Of a stretch of 64,000 nt of DNA, positions 1 to 10,015 are shown piece by piece. The notes under the pieces are model-generated. The model saw only the letters and a program-made list of their open reading frames with translations, did not search any database and was not told where the DNA came from. How positions within the stretch are numbered: position 1 is the first letter of the stretch; every line of letters starts with the position of its first letter. Position numbers and translations under genes: made by a program. The stretch comes from Candidatus Bipolaricaulota bacterium (lineage in GTDB: Bacteria > Bipolaricaulota > Bipolaricaulia > UBA7950 > UBA9294): the NCBI GenBank assembly GCA_027007005.1, contig JALTFO010000024.1, forward strand, positions 6,619 to 70,618, written 5' to 3'.

Positions 1-1
1 T

Positions 2-1213
2 CATCTGCTGCGCTACGAGGCCAATCCCGACATTAAGATGCTCGTCTGTCTGGGGGAGCTTGGCGGGACGGCTGAATATGAGATCGCCGATGCGCTGAAG
101 GACGGACGTCTGACCAAGCCGCTCGTGGCCTGGGTGACGGGGACATGTGCCAAAGTACTGCCCGGGCAGGTACAGTTCGGTCACGCCGGGGCCAAGGCCG
201 ATGCGGCAAACGAAACAGCCGATGCTAAGAATCAGGCGCTGCGGGAGGCAGGAGCGATCGTTCCTAACTCGTTTGATGACTACCACCTGAGAATCAAAGA
301 GACGTATGAGAAGCTCGTCGCAGACGGAGTGATTACGCCAGCGGAAGACTTCGAGCCGCCGTCTATACCGATCGACTACAATCAGGCCGTCGCAGAGAAA
401 TTGGTACGGCGGCCGACACACTTTGTCTCAACCATCTGCGATGAGTCGGGTGAGGTGCACAACTACTGCGGCGTACCGATCGATGAAGTGATCGAGAAGA
501 ATTACGGAATCGGCGGCGTGATTGGTCTTCTGTGGTTCAAGAAAGACATCCCAGTCTACGCACGAGGGTTCATGGAGATGGTGCTACAGATCATCGCCGA
601 TCACGGCCCTGCCGTCTCCGGTGCGCACAACACGATTGTTGCCGCGCGAGCAGGAAAGGACCTGATCTCATCGCTCGTGAGTGGACTCCTCACCATCGGC
701 CCGCGGTTCGGTGGCGCGGTGAACGGCGCAGCAGAGCACTTTCTCTACGGACTGCGCAATAAACTCGATCCGCGACAGTTCGTGGCAACGATGAAGGGAA
801 AGAACATTCGCGTGCAGGGGATCGGGCACAAGCTGCACACGGTGGAGAACCCGGACAAACGCGTTGAAATCCTCAAGGACTACGCGAAGGAGCACTTCAA
901 GAAGACAGAGTTGCTCGACTACGCTCTGTCCGTTGAGGCAGTGACGACGCAGAAGAAGAACAACCTCATCCTGAATGTCGATGGATGCATCGGCGTGTTG
1001 CTCGTCGACCTGTTGCACGAACTCGACTTCAGCGACAAGGAGATCGACGAGATGATCAGCGCAGGTCTGTTCAACGCTCTGTTCGTCCTTGGACGATCGA
1101 TCGGCCTGATGGGACACTACTTCGACCAGAAGCGGCTCGCCCAGCCTCTCTACCGCCATCCACTGGACGACATCCTCTACGATGTCCCCGATCGGCCAGA
1201 GAAAGTCGGATAG
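2..1213 (+). CDS. aclA: ATP-citrate lyase alpha subunit, C-terminal part (5' end cut by the window edge)
   Basis: The reading frame is open from nt 2. It contains the phospho-histidine motif QFGHAGA followed by a citrate-synthase-like domain (ADHGPAVSGAHNT, GLLTIGPRFGG, NLILNVDG, LYRHPLDD) that is collinear with eukaryotic and bacterial ACL. Confidence 0.9.
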   Translation, partial: HLLRYEANPDIKMLVCLGELGGTAEYEIADALKDGRLTKPLVAWVTGTCAKVLPGQVQFGHAGAKADAANETADAKNQALREAGAIVPNSFDDYHLRIKETYEKLVADGVITPAEDFEPPSIPIDYNQAVAEKLVRRPTHFVSTICDESGEVHNYCGVPIDEVIEKNYGIGGVIGLLWFKKDIPVYARGFMEMVLQIIADHGPAVSGAHNTIVAARAGKDLISSLVSGLLTIGPRFGGAVNGAAEHFLYGLRNKLDPRQFVATMKGKNIRVQGIGHKLHTVENPDKRVEILKDYAKEHFKKTELLDYALSVEAVTTQKKNNLILNVDGCIGVLLVDLLHELDFSDKEIDEMISAGLFNALFVLGRSIGLMGHYFDQKRLAQPLYRHPLDDILYDVPDRPEKVG

Positions 1214-1239
1214 CAAAGCCAACCATACATTCGAGAACG

Positions 1240-1277
1240 ATGCGGCCAGATCCGTATGATCTGGCCGCATTTTTCTT
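1240..1277 (+). terminator. Rho-independent terminator after aclA
   Basis: A perfect 13-bp stem (ATGCGGCCAGATC / GATCTGGCCGCAT) with a 5-nt loop is followed by TTTTCTT. Confidence 0.7.
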
Positions 1278-1421
1278 GTTTGCTCGTCTTGAGTATTGAT
1301 GCAGATTCTCGATACACTAATTTGCGGGGCAAGAATAGCGCCGTAGGATATGCTTCACTGGTGCTTCCAATGGCGAATTCAACTCATAGTTACATTTTGT
1401 CAAAAAAGGAGGAAACAACCG

Positions 1422-2537
1422 ATGAAAGGAGAACCGATTACCCCGCCGGTGGTCTTCTCAGCCACTTACAGTTTCAAGAAGAGCGATGATTTGATTGATG
1501 TCGTGCGCAACGGGAGCGGCTATATCTACTCGCGCTGGGACAATCCCACCGTGCGAGAAGCAGAGAAGACACTCGCGGCAATGGAGGGATATACGGATGC
1601 TGTCGCCTTCTCTTCGGGGATGGCGGCGATCACGTCAACGCTGCTCGGCCTCCTGCGTCCCGGCGACCAGCTTGTCTCAATAGCTACATACGGGGAGACG
1701 GTGCGTTTTATCTCCGATTTTCTGCCTAAAATGGGGGTGAGAATTGAACGCTTCGGACCGGATGACATCGATCGGTCCATGGACTCACTGAAAGAAGGAT
1801 CTCGGTTGCTCTACCTGGAGAGCCCGATGAACCCTCTCCTGCGCGTTCTTGACATCAAACAGTTGGCGGAGCACGCTCATAAGCACGGTGCACTCGTTGT
1901 TCTCGATTCTACCTTTGCCTCCCCGGTGAACCAGCATCCGATTGACCTGGGTGTGGACATCGTCATCCACAGCGCAACAAAGTATCTAGGTGGACACCAC
2001 GACCTGCTTGGCGGGTTTGCCTGCATGAATGAAGAGCATCGGCTGCCTGTGTGGAATATGCGCCGCATGCTGGGAGGGGTAATGGATCCGATGAGCGCCT
2101 ACCTCGTGTGGCGAGGGATGAAGACGCTCGACATCCGCGTTGTTCGCCAGAACAAGACGGCGATGCGCGTGGCACAGTTCCTGGAAGGACATTCTAAGGT
2201 GACGAGGGTCCACTATCCGGGTCTGGGATCACATCCCGATCATGAGATTGCAGTGCAACAGATGCACGGGTTCGGAGGGATGGTGAGCTTCGAGATCGCA
2301 TCAGACTACGAAGGTACGAAGAGGTTCATGGACTCACTTGACGAGATTACCCTCGCCACCAGCCTGGGCGGGGTGGACACACTCGCTACGCAGCCGGTGA
2401 CTAACACCCACGCATCGATGAGCGCGCAGGAGCGTATTGAAGCGGGAATCCCGGATAATCTAGTGCGTCTATCGGTCGGGCTTGAGGACGCAGGCGTGAT
2501 AATCGGCGATCTAGAAAGAGCCCTTGCTAAAGTGTGA
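1422..2537 (+). CDS. Cys/Met-metabolism PLP-dependent enzyme (cystathionine gamma-synthase / methionine gamma-lyase / sulfhydrylase family)
   Basis: It has family motifs (YSRWDNPT, SATKYLGGH with the PLP lysine, LAxSLGGVxTL). The ATG at 1422 is preceded by AAGGAGG at 1406-1412, so the listed ORF start at 1350 is probably too early. Confidence 0.85.
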   Translation: MKGEPITPPVVFSATYSFKKSDDLIDVVRNGSGYIYSRWDNPTVREAEKTLAAMEGYTDAVAFSSGMAAITSTLLGLLRPGDQLVSIATYGETVRFISDFLPKMGVRIERFGPDDIDRSMDSLKEGSRLLYLESPMNPLLRVLDIKQLAEHAHKHGALVVLDSTFASPVNQHPIDLGVDIVIHSATKYLGGHHDLLGGFACMNEEHRLPVWNMRRMLGGVMDPMSAYLVWRGMKTLDIRVVRQNKTAMRVAQFLEGHSKVTRVHYPGLGSHPDHEIAVQQMHGFGGMVSFEIASDYEGTKRFMDSLDEITLATSLGGVDTLATQPVTNTHASMSAQERIEAGIPDNLVRLSVGLEDAGVIIGDLERALAKV

Positions 2538-2767
2538 TCAGAGGGATCCTTGCTGTTTGAAGTCGGAAGCGGACTGCTCCGTTCTTCAATCCCGTATCTA
2601 TCGAGCACGCGATGTGTTGTATTGACTGCCGAACGCTTGCAAACACTGTTTTGGATCGATGTCATCAAACAGGTTAGAGAATACGGATGCGCCCTGCTTC
2701 CAAGACACGCCTTGACCTGCAGGCTCAGGTATTCATAATTGATGCAACCATTTCTTTAGGAGGGCAG

Positions 2768-4711
2768 ATGCGCCAAGAAAGATCGGATAGCGATCCATTC
2801 TCGCTGTTCATAGAGAAACATCCACAACAGGGGCAAAAAGCACTTGAGCTCAATTGGGAGGGACAGGACCTGCTTGAGGGTGGACATATCAAATTAGCAG
2901 AGCGCAAGTTCCGTGAAGCGATAGAGATCTGTGAGTGCACGATCCCAGCTCTGAACAACCTCGCTCTGTGTATGCAGTTACGCGGAGACACTAAGCGAGC
3001 CATCCGTACCGCGCACCGAACCCTTGAGTTTCAGCCAAATGATGTCTTTGCTCACTGCACACTCGCTGAGTGCTATCAGGAAATGGGCAGGCCGGAAAAG
3101 GCGCGTTCCCACGCGAAACGGGCTATAGCCCTCTTGGAAGATCCGGATGTTCCACTTGATAAGCTGACCAAGGTGATAGAGGCCATAGCACAACTACAGT
3201 GGGATGAGAAGATTATCGATCTCTATCGGGCATACCGCGAGGGGATAGGCTTCGAAGACGTGCTGGATGGCGTGAGCTGGTTCTACCTGGGAGTGGCAGC
3301 GGCAAATGTCGGCCTGCTTGATGATGCTACTATGCACTTCAAGCGAGCACTAAACTATAACCCACAGATCAAGATCGCCGAACTATATGCAAATTCGTTA
3401 CAGCTAATACAAGATAATAAGGTGCCACCGTTTCACTTCTCATATCAGACCAATGAGATCGTAGAAAAGCTTGATCCCAAGCATCCCTCAGAGGAGATCA
3501 AACCAGTCGTAGCCACTGGCCTGTGGAGCAAGAAAGAAAACGATGACTATCGACACCATTTAGTGGCTCTTCTGGGAATGTGGGATGATATGTGGGCGGA
3601 GGAATTCCTCCGGCTGATCATTGTCCAACCCGAGCTATCCGATGATCTCAAGATGCACGCGGCGACCACACTCATCGAGCGGGGGGCAATCGCTGAAGGT
3701 GAGAGGATCGAGATGTTCATCGGTGGCATGAAACAGCCGGTCACTATTAACCTTGAAGAAGTCCCTTCACCACCACCCGCGGCGGTGACGCAATTCCATC
3801 TGGGATTGGCCAAGCGACAAGCAGGCAATATGGCGGCGGCAGAGAAGGCGTATCGCAAGGCTCTAGAGATATATCCCCGTTTTCCTGAGGTACTAGTCAA
3901 TTTAGCCAATATCTGCCGCAGTACTGAGCGTACTGAGGAGGGAGCACGGATTCTGGAAAAGGCGGTTACATTGGCAGCAAGCCCAACCGCCGTCCTCAAT
4001 CTTGCCGCAGTGTATGTTCTGGAGCAGCATCGCATTGAAGAGGGAAAAGATCTTCTATCCCTTTTGAAGATAGATGAGATCGAAGAAGATTTGCTCCCCA
4101 TGTACTACCGACTTAGTGGCCATGTGGACATGTACGATAGCGATTTTGATGCGGCCAGGAATGCGTTCAACAAGCTCATTGCCCTGCGACCAGAAGATGA
4201 AACAGCACGGGGTCTACTCGAGTGGGTGGCTCGGGCTGAGGCGGTAAGGGAAAGCGATCTTGCAATGTGGAACCGGCGTAGGGCACGCTATCTTAGGCAG
4301 CCGATCGATACCCAGATGCCGTTGGTGATGGCTTTGCGTAATTTGACCAAGGATAACCTGATCGGGATCGCGCACTGGTACGACATCTCCTACGGGAATC
4401 TACGTAAGGTCGAGCTTGCGCAGATGCTTAGCGATTACTTGCAAGACGAGGGGAGGGACATCTGGGTGGAGCTATCAGCTGAGGCGTGGGATGTCGTGGA
4501 ATTTACGCGCAGTGTAGGCGGTAGTGCCCCTCTCGCCCAACTGGAGCAGAACTTTGGAAGCACGCAAGACGACAGCATCGATTGGAGATACCGCTTCCCT
4601 AGCTCCGCCATTGGTGAACTGCAGATCAGCGGCATCGTCTTCGTCGGGACGGACAAGACCGGAGAAATAACCGCCTTCATCCCAAGAGATCTACTTGGGC
4701 AGATCCATTAG
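2768..4711 (+). CDS. TPR-repeat protein with a non-TPR C-terminal ~130 aa
   Basis: Multiple TPR-like helical pairs are visible (AxxxFxxAL..xP patterns). The ATG at 2768 follows a TAGGAGGG ribosome-binding site. The C-terminal domain is unassigned. Confidence 0.75.
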   Translation: MRQERSDSDPFSLFIEKHPQQGQKALELNWEGQDLLEGGHIKLAERKFREAIEICECTIPALNNLALCMQLRGDTKRAIRTAHRTLEFQPNDVFAHCTLAECYQEMGRPEKARSHAKRAIALLEDPDVPLDKLTKVIEAIAQLQWDEKIIDLYRAYREGIGFEDVLDGVSWFYLGVAAANVGLLDDATMHFKRALNYNPQIKIAELYANSLQLIQDNKVPPFHFSYQTNEIVEKLDPKHPSEEIKPVVATGLWSKKENDDYRHHLVALLGMWDDMWAEEFLRLIIVQPELSDDLKMHAATTLIERGAIAEGERIEMFIGGMKQPVTINLEEVPSPPPAAVTQFHLGLAKRQAGNMAAAEKAYRKALEIYPRFPEVLVNLANICRSTERTEEGARILEKAVTLAASPTAVLNLAAVYVLEQHRIEEGKDLLSLLKIDEIEEDLLPMYYRLSGHVDMYDSDFDAARNAFNKLIALRPEDETARGLLEWVARAEAVRESDLAMWNRRRARYLRQPIDTQMPLVMALRNLTKDNLIGIAHWYDISYGNLRKVELAQMLSDYLQDEGRDIWVELSAEAWDVVEFTRSVGGSAPLAQLEQNFGSTQDDSIDWRYRFPSSAIGELQISGIVFVGTDKTGEITAFIPRDLLGQIH

Positions 4712-4770
4712 AGGCATGATCGATGAAGACAGGCTCGAAAAGCCCACACTAATGGACTAACTTGTACAGC

Positions 4771-5214
4771 ATGAAACAGGTAACGATTTACACCGATGGG
4801 GCGTGCAGTGGGAACCCTGGTCCGGGCGGTTGGGGCGCAGTGCTATTGAGCGGCAAACACCGTATGGAGATCTCCGGCGGCGTCCCGCAGACGACGAACA
4901 ATCGCATGGAGCTAACAGCGGCGATCGAGGCATTAAACGCCTTGCATGCGCGTGCTCAGGTGGACTTGTACACCGATTCTACCTACGTCAAGAAGGGAAT
5001 CACTGAGTGGATCAGTAACTGGAAGAAGAATGGCTGGAAACGCCGCAGCGGGAAGCGGTTCTTTCCGGTGAAGAACGCTGACCTGTGGCGCAAGCTTGAT
5101 CGCCTCGTCGCTAGCCACGATGTTGCCTTCCACTGGGTGGAGGGACACGCTGGGAACAAGGAGAACGAGCGCTGCGATGAGCTCGCGCGGGCAGCGATAT
5201 CGAAGGGGGAGTAG
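4771..5214 (+). CDS. rnhA: Ribonuclease HI
   Basis: The motifs [23 protein letters not shown], TDSxY and GHxGxxxNExxDxLA are present. The ATG at 4771 lies inside the TTG-initiated ORF in the track. Confidence 0.9.
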   Translation: MKQVTIYTDGACSGNPGPGGWGAVLLSGKHRMEISGGVPQTTNNRMELTAAIEALNALHARAQVDLYTDSTYVKKGITEWISNWKKNGWKRRSGKRFFPVKNADLWRKLDRLVASHDVAFHWVEGHAGNKENERCDELARAAISKGE

Positions 5215-6179
5215 TGGCGAAGATCTATGTAACATGTCGCGTGTTTGCAGATGAGATAGACCGGCTGCGTGAAGCCGGACATGAAGTCATAATGCGCAGT
5301 CAGGAAGGGCCGATAGGGCGTGATGACTTGCTAGGGCACATCAGTGATATTGATGCCCTAATCTGCCTTCTCTCCGACATTATCGATGCACAGGTGATTA
5401 CTTCTTCTCCACACTTACGGATTATTGCCAACCTCGGCGTCGGTTACGATAACATCGACGTTCCCACCGCGCGAGAAAGAGGGATCGTCGTCACAAACAC
5501 ACCCGGCGCTCTCACTGAGACAACTGCAGATCTCACCTTTGCCCTCCTCCTTTCGGCTGCACGGAGAATCGTGGAAGGGGATCAGTACGTGCGCGATGGG
5601 AAGTTTCTCGGGTGGGAGCTATTGCAGAAACATCTCGGCCAAGATGTGTTCGGTAAGACACTCGGCATTGTCGGGATGGGACGGATCGGAACTGCGGTTG
5701 GCCGCCGTGCGCATTTTGGATTTGGGATGAGCGTTTTCTATCGCAGCCGTCACCGAAACATTGGTGCAGAACAGGAACTTGGAGCACAATACACATCGTT
5801 TGAGGAAATCCTCAAGAAGAGCGATTTCATCTGCTTGCACACGCCGCTCACGCAAGAGACGCATCACCTGTTCGATCGAAACGCCTTCCGCATGATGAAG
5901 AAAAGTGCAATCTTAGTGAATGCTGCTCGCGGCCCGGTTGTTGACGAGGAGGCACTTGTCTGGGCTTTGGAATCCGGGCAGATCGCCGGAGCAGGAATCG
6001 ATGTCTATGAGCACGAACCCAAGATCCATCCGGGATTGCTCAAACTAAAGGAACGGGTTGTCCTCGCCCCGCACCTTGGAAGCGCCACTGTGGAGACGCG
6101 TCGGGCACTAGCGAAGATCGCTGTCGACAATGTCCTGTCAGTCTTGGCAGGTAACCCGCCGCTAACACCCGTAGACTAA
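5214..6179 (+). CDS. D-isomer-specific 2-hydroxyacid dehydrogenase (glyoxylate/hydroxypyruvate reductase-like)
   Basis: It has an NAD-binding GxGxxGxxxA motif (GIVGMGRIGTAVG) and a catalytic region (NAARGPVVDE, PHLGSAT). The GTG start overlaps the rnhA stop by 1 nt. Confidence 0.85.
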   Translation: MAKIYVTCRVFADEIDRLREAGHEVIMRSQEGPIGRDDLLGHISDIDALICLLSDIIDAQVITSSPHLRIIANLGVGYDNIDVPTARERGIVVTNTPGALTETTADLTFALLLSAARRIVEGDQYVRDGKFLGWELLQKHLGQDVFGKTLGIVGMGRIGTAVGRRAHFGFGMSVFYRSRHRNIGAEQELGAQYTSFEEILKKSDFICLHTPLTQETHHLFDRNAFRMMKKSAILVNAARGPVVDEEALVWALESGQIAGAGIDVYEHEPKIHPGLLKLKERVVLAPHLGSATVETRRALAKIAVDNVLSVLAGNPPLTPVD

Positions 6180-6438
6180 GAAGAAGATTATCAACAGGCA
6201 GAGTGCCTCTTGCCCTTGCTTTGTCAATCACCGGCTTGGGAAGAGTGAAGCCAATCTTTGCCGCTACCTAGACGTCCAGAACTAGTTGTTTTGTCGCTTG
6301 ATTGTTTGTAAAACGCGTATAGGCAAAGGCTAAACCAATATCAACAAGATCTCGCGTCTTTCATCACTCTTGTAACAGGCTTGTCATAGTTGTTATCGGC
6401 CTTCTTATCCCTCGTTTCTTGCCTTTCTCAACCGTTCG

Positions 6439-6467
6439 TTGACAAGCCAGGATTCACCTGCTATCAT
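6439..6467 (+). promoter_or_regulatory. Sigma-70-type promoter of the hrcA operon
   Basis: The arrangement is TTGACA (6439-6444), a 17-nt spacer, then TATCAT (6462-6467), immediately upstream of the CIRCE element. Confidence 0.55.
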
Positions 6468-6494
6468 TTAGCAAACAGTATAAGAGAGTGCTAA
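6468..6494 (+). promoter_or_regulatory. CIRCE operator (HrcA binding site)
   Basis: The sequence TTAGCAAAC-N9-GAGTGCTAA compares with the consensus TTAGCACTC-N9-GAGTGCTAA. The right arm is perfect and the left arm has 2 mismatches. It ends 2 nt before the hrcA ATG. Confidence 0.8.
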
Positions 6495-6496
6495 GA

Positions 6497-7561
6497 ATGG
6501 AGAACACGCTTCCTGAAAGGCAACGACTGATACTAAAGGAGATTGTCGATCGCTACATACGGCTTCGAGAGCCGGTGTCATCGCGAATGATCCTCGATGA
6601 CTATGGCCTCTCTGTCAGTTCTGCAACAGTGCGCAACGACATGAATGATCTGGAAGAGGCAGGCTACATCGAGAAACCATACGCTTCTTCCGGTCGCATT
6701 CCGACCAAGAAAGGATATCGATTCTTCGTCGATTGGCTCATTGATCTATCCGACCTGACGAAGAAGGAGCGCATGGAAGTCGTGGAGGCATATGAGGTGC
6801 GATGCCTTGAGGTAGGAGAGACGATGCGGCAGACTGCCTTCCTCCTTGGAAACATCACCGGGTATGCTGGTTTCGTCATTCCACCGCGCCCGGAGGAGAC
6901 ACGTCTTGATCGGGTAGTGCTGGCTAGAATGGGACCGCAAACGGTTCTATTAGTGATTGTGTCCGATATCGGGATCGTCGAACACGGCCTGGTTTCGCTC
7001 GATGATGACATCTCGCAAAGCGAGATAGAGCGAATAATGGAGGTTATCAATACAGAGCTGCATGGGGCATCTCTCGATGCAGTGCGCGGTTTGACATTGC
7101 AGGACCGCTCCGACGGGTGGTACGAAAGGCCGGTTCGGCAAGCCCTGCTCGTTCTTGGGCGCTTGCTTGAACGGCGTTCTGCTAAGCATCTGTACTTCGA
7201 GGGGGTATTGAACCTCGTCTCTGACCTGCAGCGATCGGTCCCTGATCAGGCAATGGATCGCTTTGCTGGGCTCATTCGTGCGGTGCAAGATGAGGATGCG
7301 TTTGTTGAAGAGATATACAGGGAGCGTGGAGACAAAGATGGTCTCGTAGTCTCCATTGGCAGATTACACCGCAAAGGACTGGAGGAGTTCAGTGTAATAA
7401 CATCTGGATATCGTCCGCACGGTGGGGTAACGGGCCTAATCGGACCGGTATGGATGAACTATGGACGGGCGATGTCAGCGCTCAGCTACATTGCCAATCG
7501 GTTGGAGACAATACTCGTCTCATCCTGCCCACGTGACCTATCAGAGGGAGTAAAAGAATGA
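6497..7561 (+). CDS. hrcA: Heat-inducible transcription repressor HrcA
   Basis: It has an N-terminal winged-helix region (RQRLILKEIVDRYIRLREPVSS...ATVRNDMNDLEEAGYIEKPYASSGRIPT) and sits in an hrcA-grpE-dnaK-dnaJ context. The ATG is at 6497. Confidence 0.9.
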   Translation: MENTLPERQRLILKEIVDRYIRLREPVSSRMILDDYGLSVSSATVRNDMNDLEEAGYIEKPYASSGRIPTKKGYRFFVDWLIDLSDLTKKERMEVVEAYEVRCLEVGETMRQTAFLLGNITGYAGFVIPPRPEETRLDRVVLARMGPQTVLLVIVSDIGIVEHGLVSLDDDISQSEIERIMEVINTELHGASLDAVRGLTLQDRSDGWYERPVRQALLVLGRLLERRSAKHLYFEGVLNLVSDLQRSVPDQAMDRFAGLIRAVQDEDAFVEEIYRERGDKDGLVVSIGRLHRKGLEEFSVITSGYRPHGGVTGLIGPVWMNYGRAMSALSYIANRLETILVSSCPRDLSEGVKE

Positions 7562-8136
7562 CTAAGAAGGATAAGAAGCTACACGAGCAAGGCGTTGAAA
7601 TTAAGGAAGAGCAAGCGCAACCCTCCGAACATGGCGAGAGCAGGGTTTCTCCAAGCGAACAACTTGCGGCGAAAGACGAAGAGATTCGTTCGTATGTGGA
7701 TCGCTTGCAGCGGATGCAGGCAGAGTTTGAGAATTACAAGAAGCGCATGCTGCGAGAGATGGCTCAAATTGAAGAGCGGATCATCGATCGAGAGATCCTC
7801 GACTTCATCCCGCTCTACGATAACTTGCAGCGTGCGTTCGCTAATTACTCGGACGAGACAGACGCTGCATCCTTCGTCGCTGGGGTAGAGAAGATCTTTG
7901 CCCAATTCGATCAGATCCTGAAGGGAAAGGGAGTGACCGCAATCCCATCAGAGGGGGAGATGTTTGATCCCACCAAGCATGAAGCTCTCCTAAGCGTGGA
8001 GAGCTCTGAAGAGAAGAACACGATCCTTGAGGAGTTCGAACGGGGATATGAGAGGAACGGGCGCGTCCTTCGCCCATGCAAGGTAAAGGTTAGTAAGGGA
8101 GTACAAGATACTGAGGAGAGAAAGGAGGAATCATGA
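7558..8136 (+). CDS. grpE: Nucleotide exchange factor GrpE
   Basis: It has a coiled-coil N-terminus plus the GrpE motifs (FENYKKR, FDPxxHEA). An ATGA overlap joins it to the hrcA stop. Confidence 0.9.
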   Translation: MTKKDKKLHEQGVEIKEEQAQPSEHGESRVSPSEQLAAKDEEIRSYVDRLQRMQAEFENYKKRMLREMAQIEERIIDREILDFIPLYDNLQRAFANYSDETDAASFVAGVEKIFAQFDQILKGKGVTAIPSEGEMFDPTKHEALLSVESSEEKNTILEEFERGYERNGRVLRPCKVKVSKGVQDTEERKEES

Positions 8137-9995
8137 AAGAGAAAATTATCGGAATAGATCTTGGAACGACAAATTCATGCGTTGCTGTGCTCGAAGGGGG
8201 TTCAGCAGAAGTGATCCCCAACGCTGAGGGGGAGCGAACAACTCCATCGGTTGTTGCGTTTACCGACTCCGGCGAGCGACTCGTGGGACGGCTGGCCAAA
8301 CGCCAAGCGATCACCAACCCCAATCACACCATCGCCTCGATCAAGCGCAAGATGGGGACTGACTATCAGGTGAAGATCACCATCGACGGTAAGGAGACAA
8401 AGTACTCCCCGGAGCAGATCTCGGCAATGATTCTGCAAAAGATGAAAAAGGACGCTGAAGACTACTTGGGAACGAAGGTGAATAAGGCGGTGATCACCGT
8501 CCCAGCGTACTTCAACGACACGCAGCGCCAGGCGACAAAAGATGCTGGGTCTATCGCCGGGCTGGAAGTGATGCGTATTATCAACGAACCAACCGCCGCG
8601 TCGCTGGCCTATGGCCTGAATAAATCGAAGGAACAGACGATCCTTGTCTACGACCTTGGGGGTGGGACATTTGATGTCTCCATCCTGGAGATTGGGGACG
8701 GCGTCTTCGAGGTGGTAGCGACCGACGGTGACACGCAGCTCGGTGGTGATGATTTTGATCACTTGATCATGGACTGGCTCGCAGACGAGTTCCGCAAGGA
8801 CACCGGGGTCGATCTGTCCAAGGATCCAAGCGCAATGCAGCGGCTGAAGGACGCCTCCGAAGCGGCGAAGATGGAGCTCTCCAGCCGCATGGAGACGACG
8901 ATCAACTTGCCGTATATCACTGCTGACGCAAGCGGCCCGAAGCACTTGGAGCAGAAGCTGACGCGCGCTAAGTTCGAACAGATGATCGATGACCTGCTGC
9001 AGAGGACGGTTAAGATCGTCGACAACACCCTGCGAGAAGGGAAGAAGACCAAGGACGATATCGATCAGGTTGTCCTTGTCGGTGGATCGACGCGCATCCC
9101 GCGGGTGCAGGAGTTAATATCCGAGCGCATCCCTGGAAAGATCAACCGTGAAATCAACCCCGATGAGGTTGTCGCTGCTGGTGCGGCGATCCAGGGTGGG
9201 GTCCTTGCCGGAGACGTGGACGACATTGTCCTGCTAGACGTTACCCCGTTAACGCTTTCGATCGAGACCTTAGGCGGCATCGCTACCCCGCTGATCGAGC
9301 GAAACACGACGATCCCCACGGAGAAGACGAAGACGTTCACTACCGCAGAGAACAATCAGCAGAGCGTGGAGATCCACGTGGTGCAAGGTGAGCGCAAGAT
9401 GGCTGCAGATAACAAGTCACTCGGCAAGTTTCAGCTTACTGGTCTACCGCCGGCCCCGCGCGGTGTCCCACAGATCGATGTCACATTCAGCATCGACGCT
9501 AACGGGATCCTCAATGTAACGGCAAAGGACAAGGCAACCGAGAAGACTGCTTCGATCACGATCACCGAATCCTCGCGCTTGGATGATGCGGAGATCGAAA
9601 AGATGCGCCGCGAGGCGGAGGAACACGCCGAAGAGGACAAGAAGCGTGCCCAAGAGGTAGAGGTGCGCAATCAGGCCGATCAACTGGCCTACGCTGTGGA
9701 GAAGAGCCTTTCCGACCTTGGGGAGAAGGTACCGCAAGAGAAACGAGGGCAGATTGAGGACCAAGTCCGCCGGTTGCGGGAGAAACTTTCGCAGAACGCG
9801 TCCACGGATGAGATCAAAGCGGCGATGGATGAGCTCTCCAAGAGCTCCCAGGAACTGGCTGAGCAGGCGTACAAGCAAGAAAGCGCGGGCGGCAATACGG
9901 CATCTGGTGCTGATAAATCCGCACCGAGCGACAAGTCCAGCTCTGATGATGACGACGACAGCGGATACGTCGATGCGGAATACGAGGATAAGTAA
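8133..9995 (+). CDS. dnaK: Chaperone DnaK (Hsp70)
   Basis: Canonical Hsp70 motifs are present ([28 protein letters not shown]). An AAGGAGG ribosome-binding site lies upstream. Confidence 0.97.
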   Translation: MKEKIIGIDLGTTNSCVAVLEGGSAEVIPNAEGERTTPSVVAFTDSGERLVGRLAKRQAITNPNHTIASIKRKMGTDYQVKITIDGKETKYSPEQISAMILQKMKKDAEDYLGTKVNKAVITVPAYFNDTQRQATKDAGSIAGLEVMRIINEPTAASLAYGLNKSKEQTILVYDLGGGTFDVSILEIGDGVFEVVATDGDTQLGGDDFDHLIMDWLADEFRKDTGVDLSKDPSAMQRLKDASEAAKMELSSRMETTINLPYITADASGPKHLEQKLTRAKFEQMIDDLLQRTVKIVDNTLREGKKTKDDIDQVVLVGGSTRIPRVQELISERIPGKINREINPDEVVAAGAAIQGGVLAGDVDDIVLLDVTPLTLSIETLGGIATPLIERNTTIPTEKTKTFTTAENNQQSVEIHVVQGERKMAADNKSLGKFQLTGLPPAPRGVPQIDVTFSIDANGILNVTAKDKATEKTASITITESSRLDDAEIEKMRREAEEHAEEDKKRAQEVEVRNQADQLAYAVEKSLSDLGEKVPQEKRGQIEDQVRRLREKLSQNASTDEIKAAMDELSKSSQELAEQAYKQESAGGNTASGADKSAPSDKSSSDDDDDSGYVDAEYEDK

Positions 9996-10015
9996 CAGGT
10001 GTAAAAGGGGATAGC

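Noticed and set aside
1278-1421. A possible SAM or T-box riboswitch upstream of the Cys/Met PLP enzyme gene
   Set aside because: I could not find the conserved SAM-I core or a T-box motif. The region is short and AT-rich and looks like an ordinary promoter and RBS.
8202-8945. A 247-aa ORF antisense to dnaK, plus many similar antisense ORFs inside shc, pyrG, the TPR gene, the fucose-isomerase-like gene and the HK genes
   Set aside because: All lie opposite strongly supported genes and lack motifs or an RBS. They are the expected long antisense frames of moderately GC-rich DNA.
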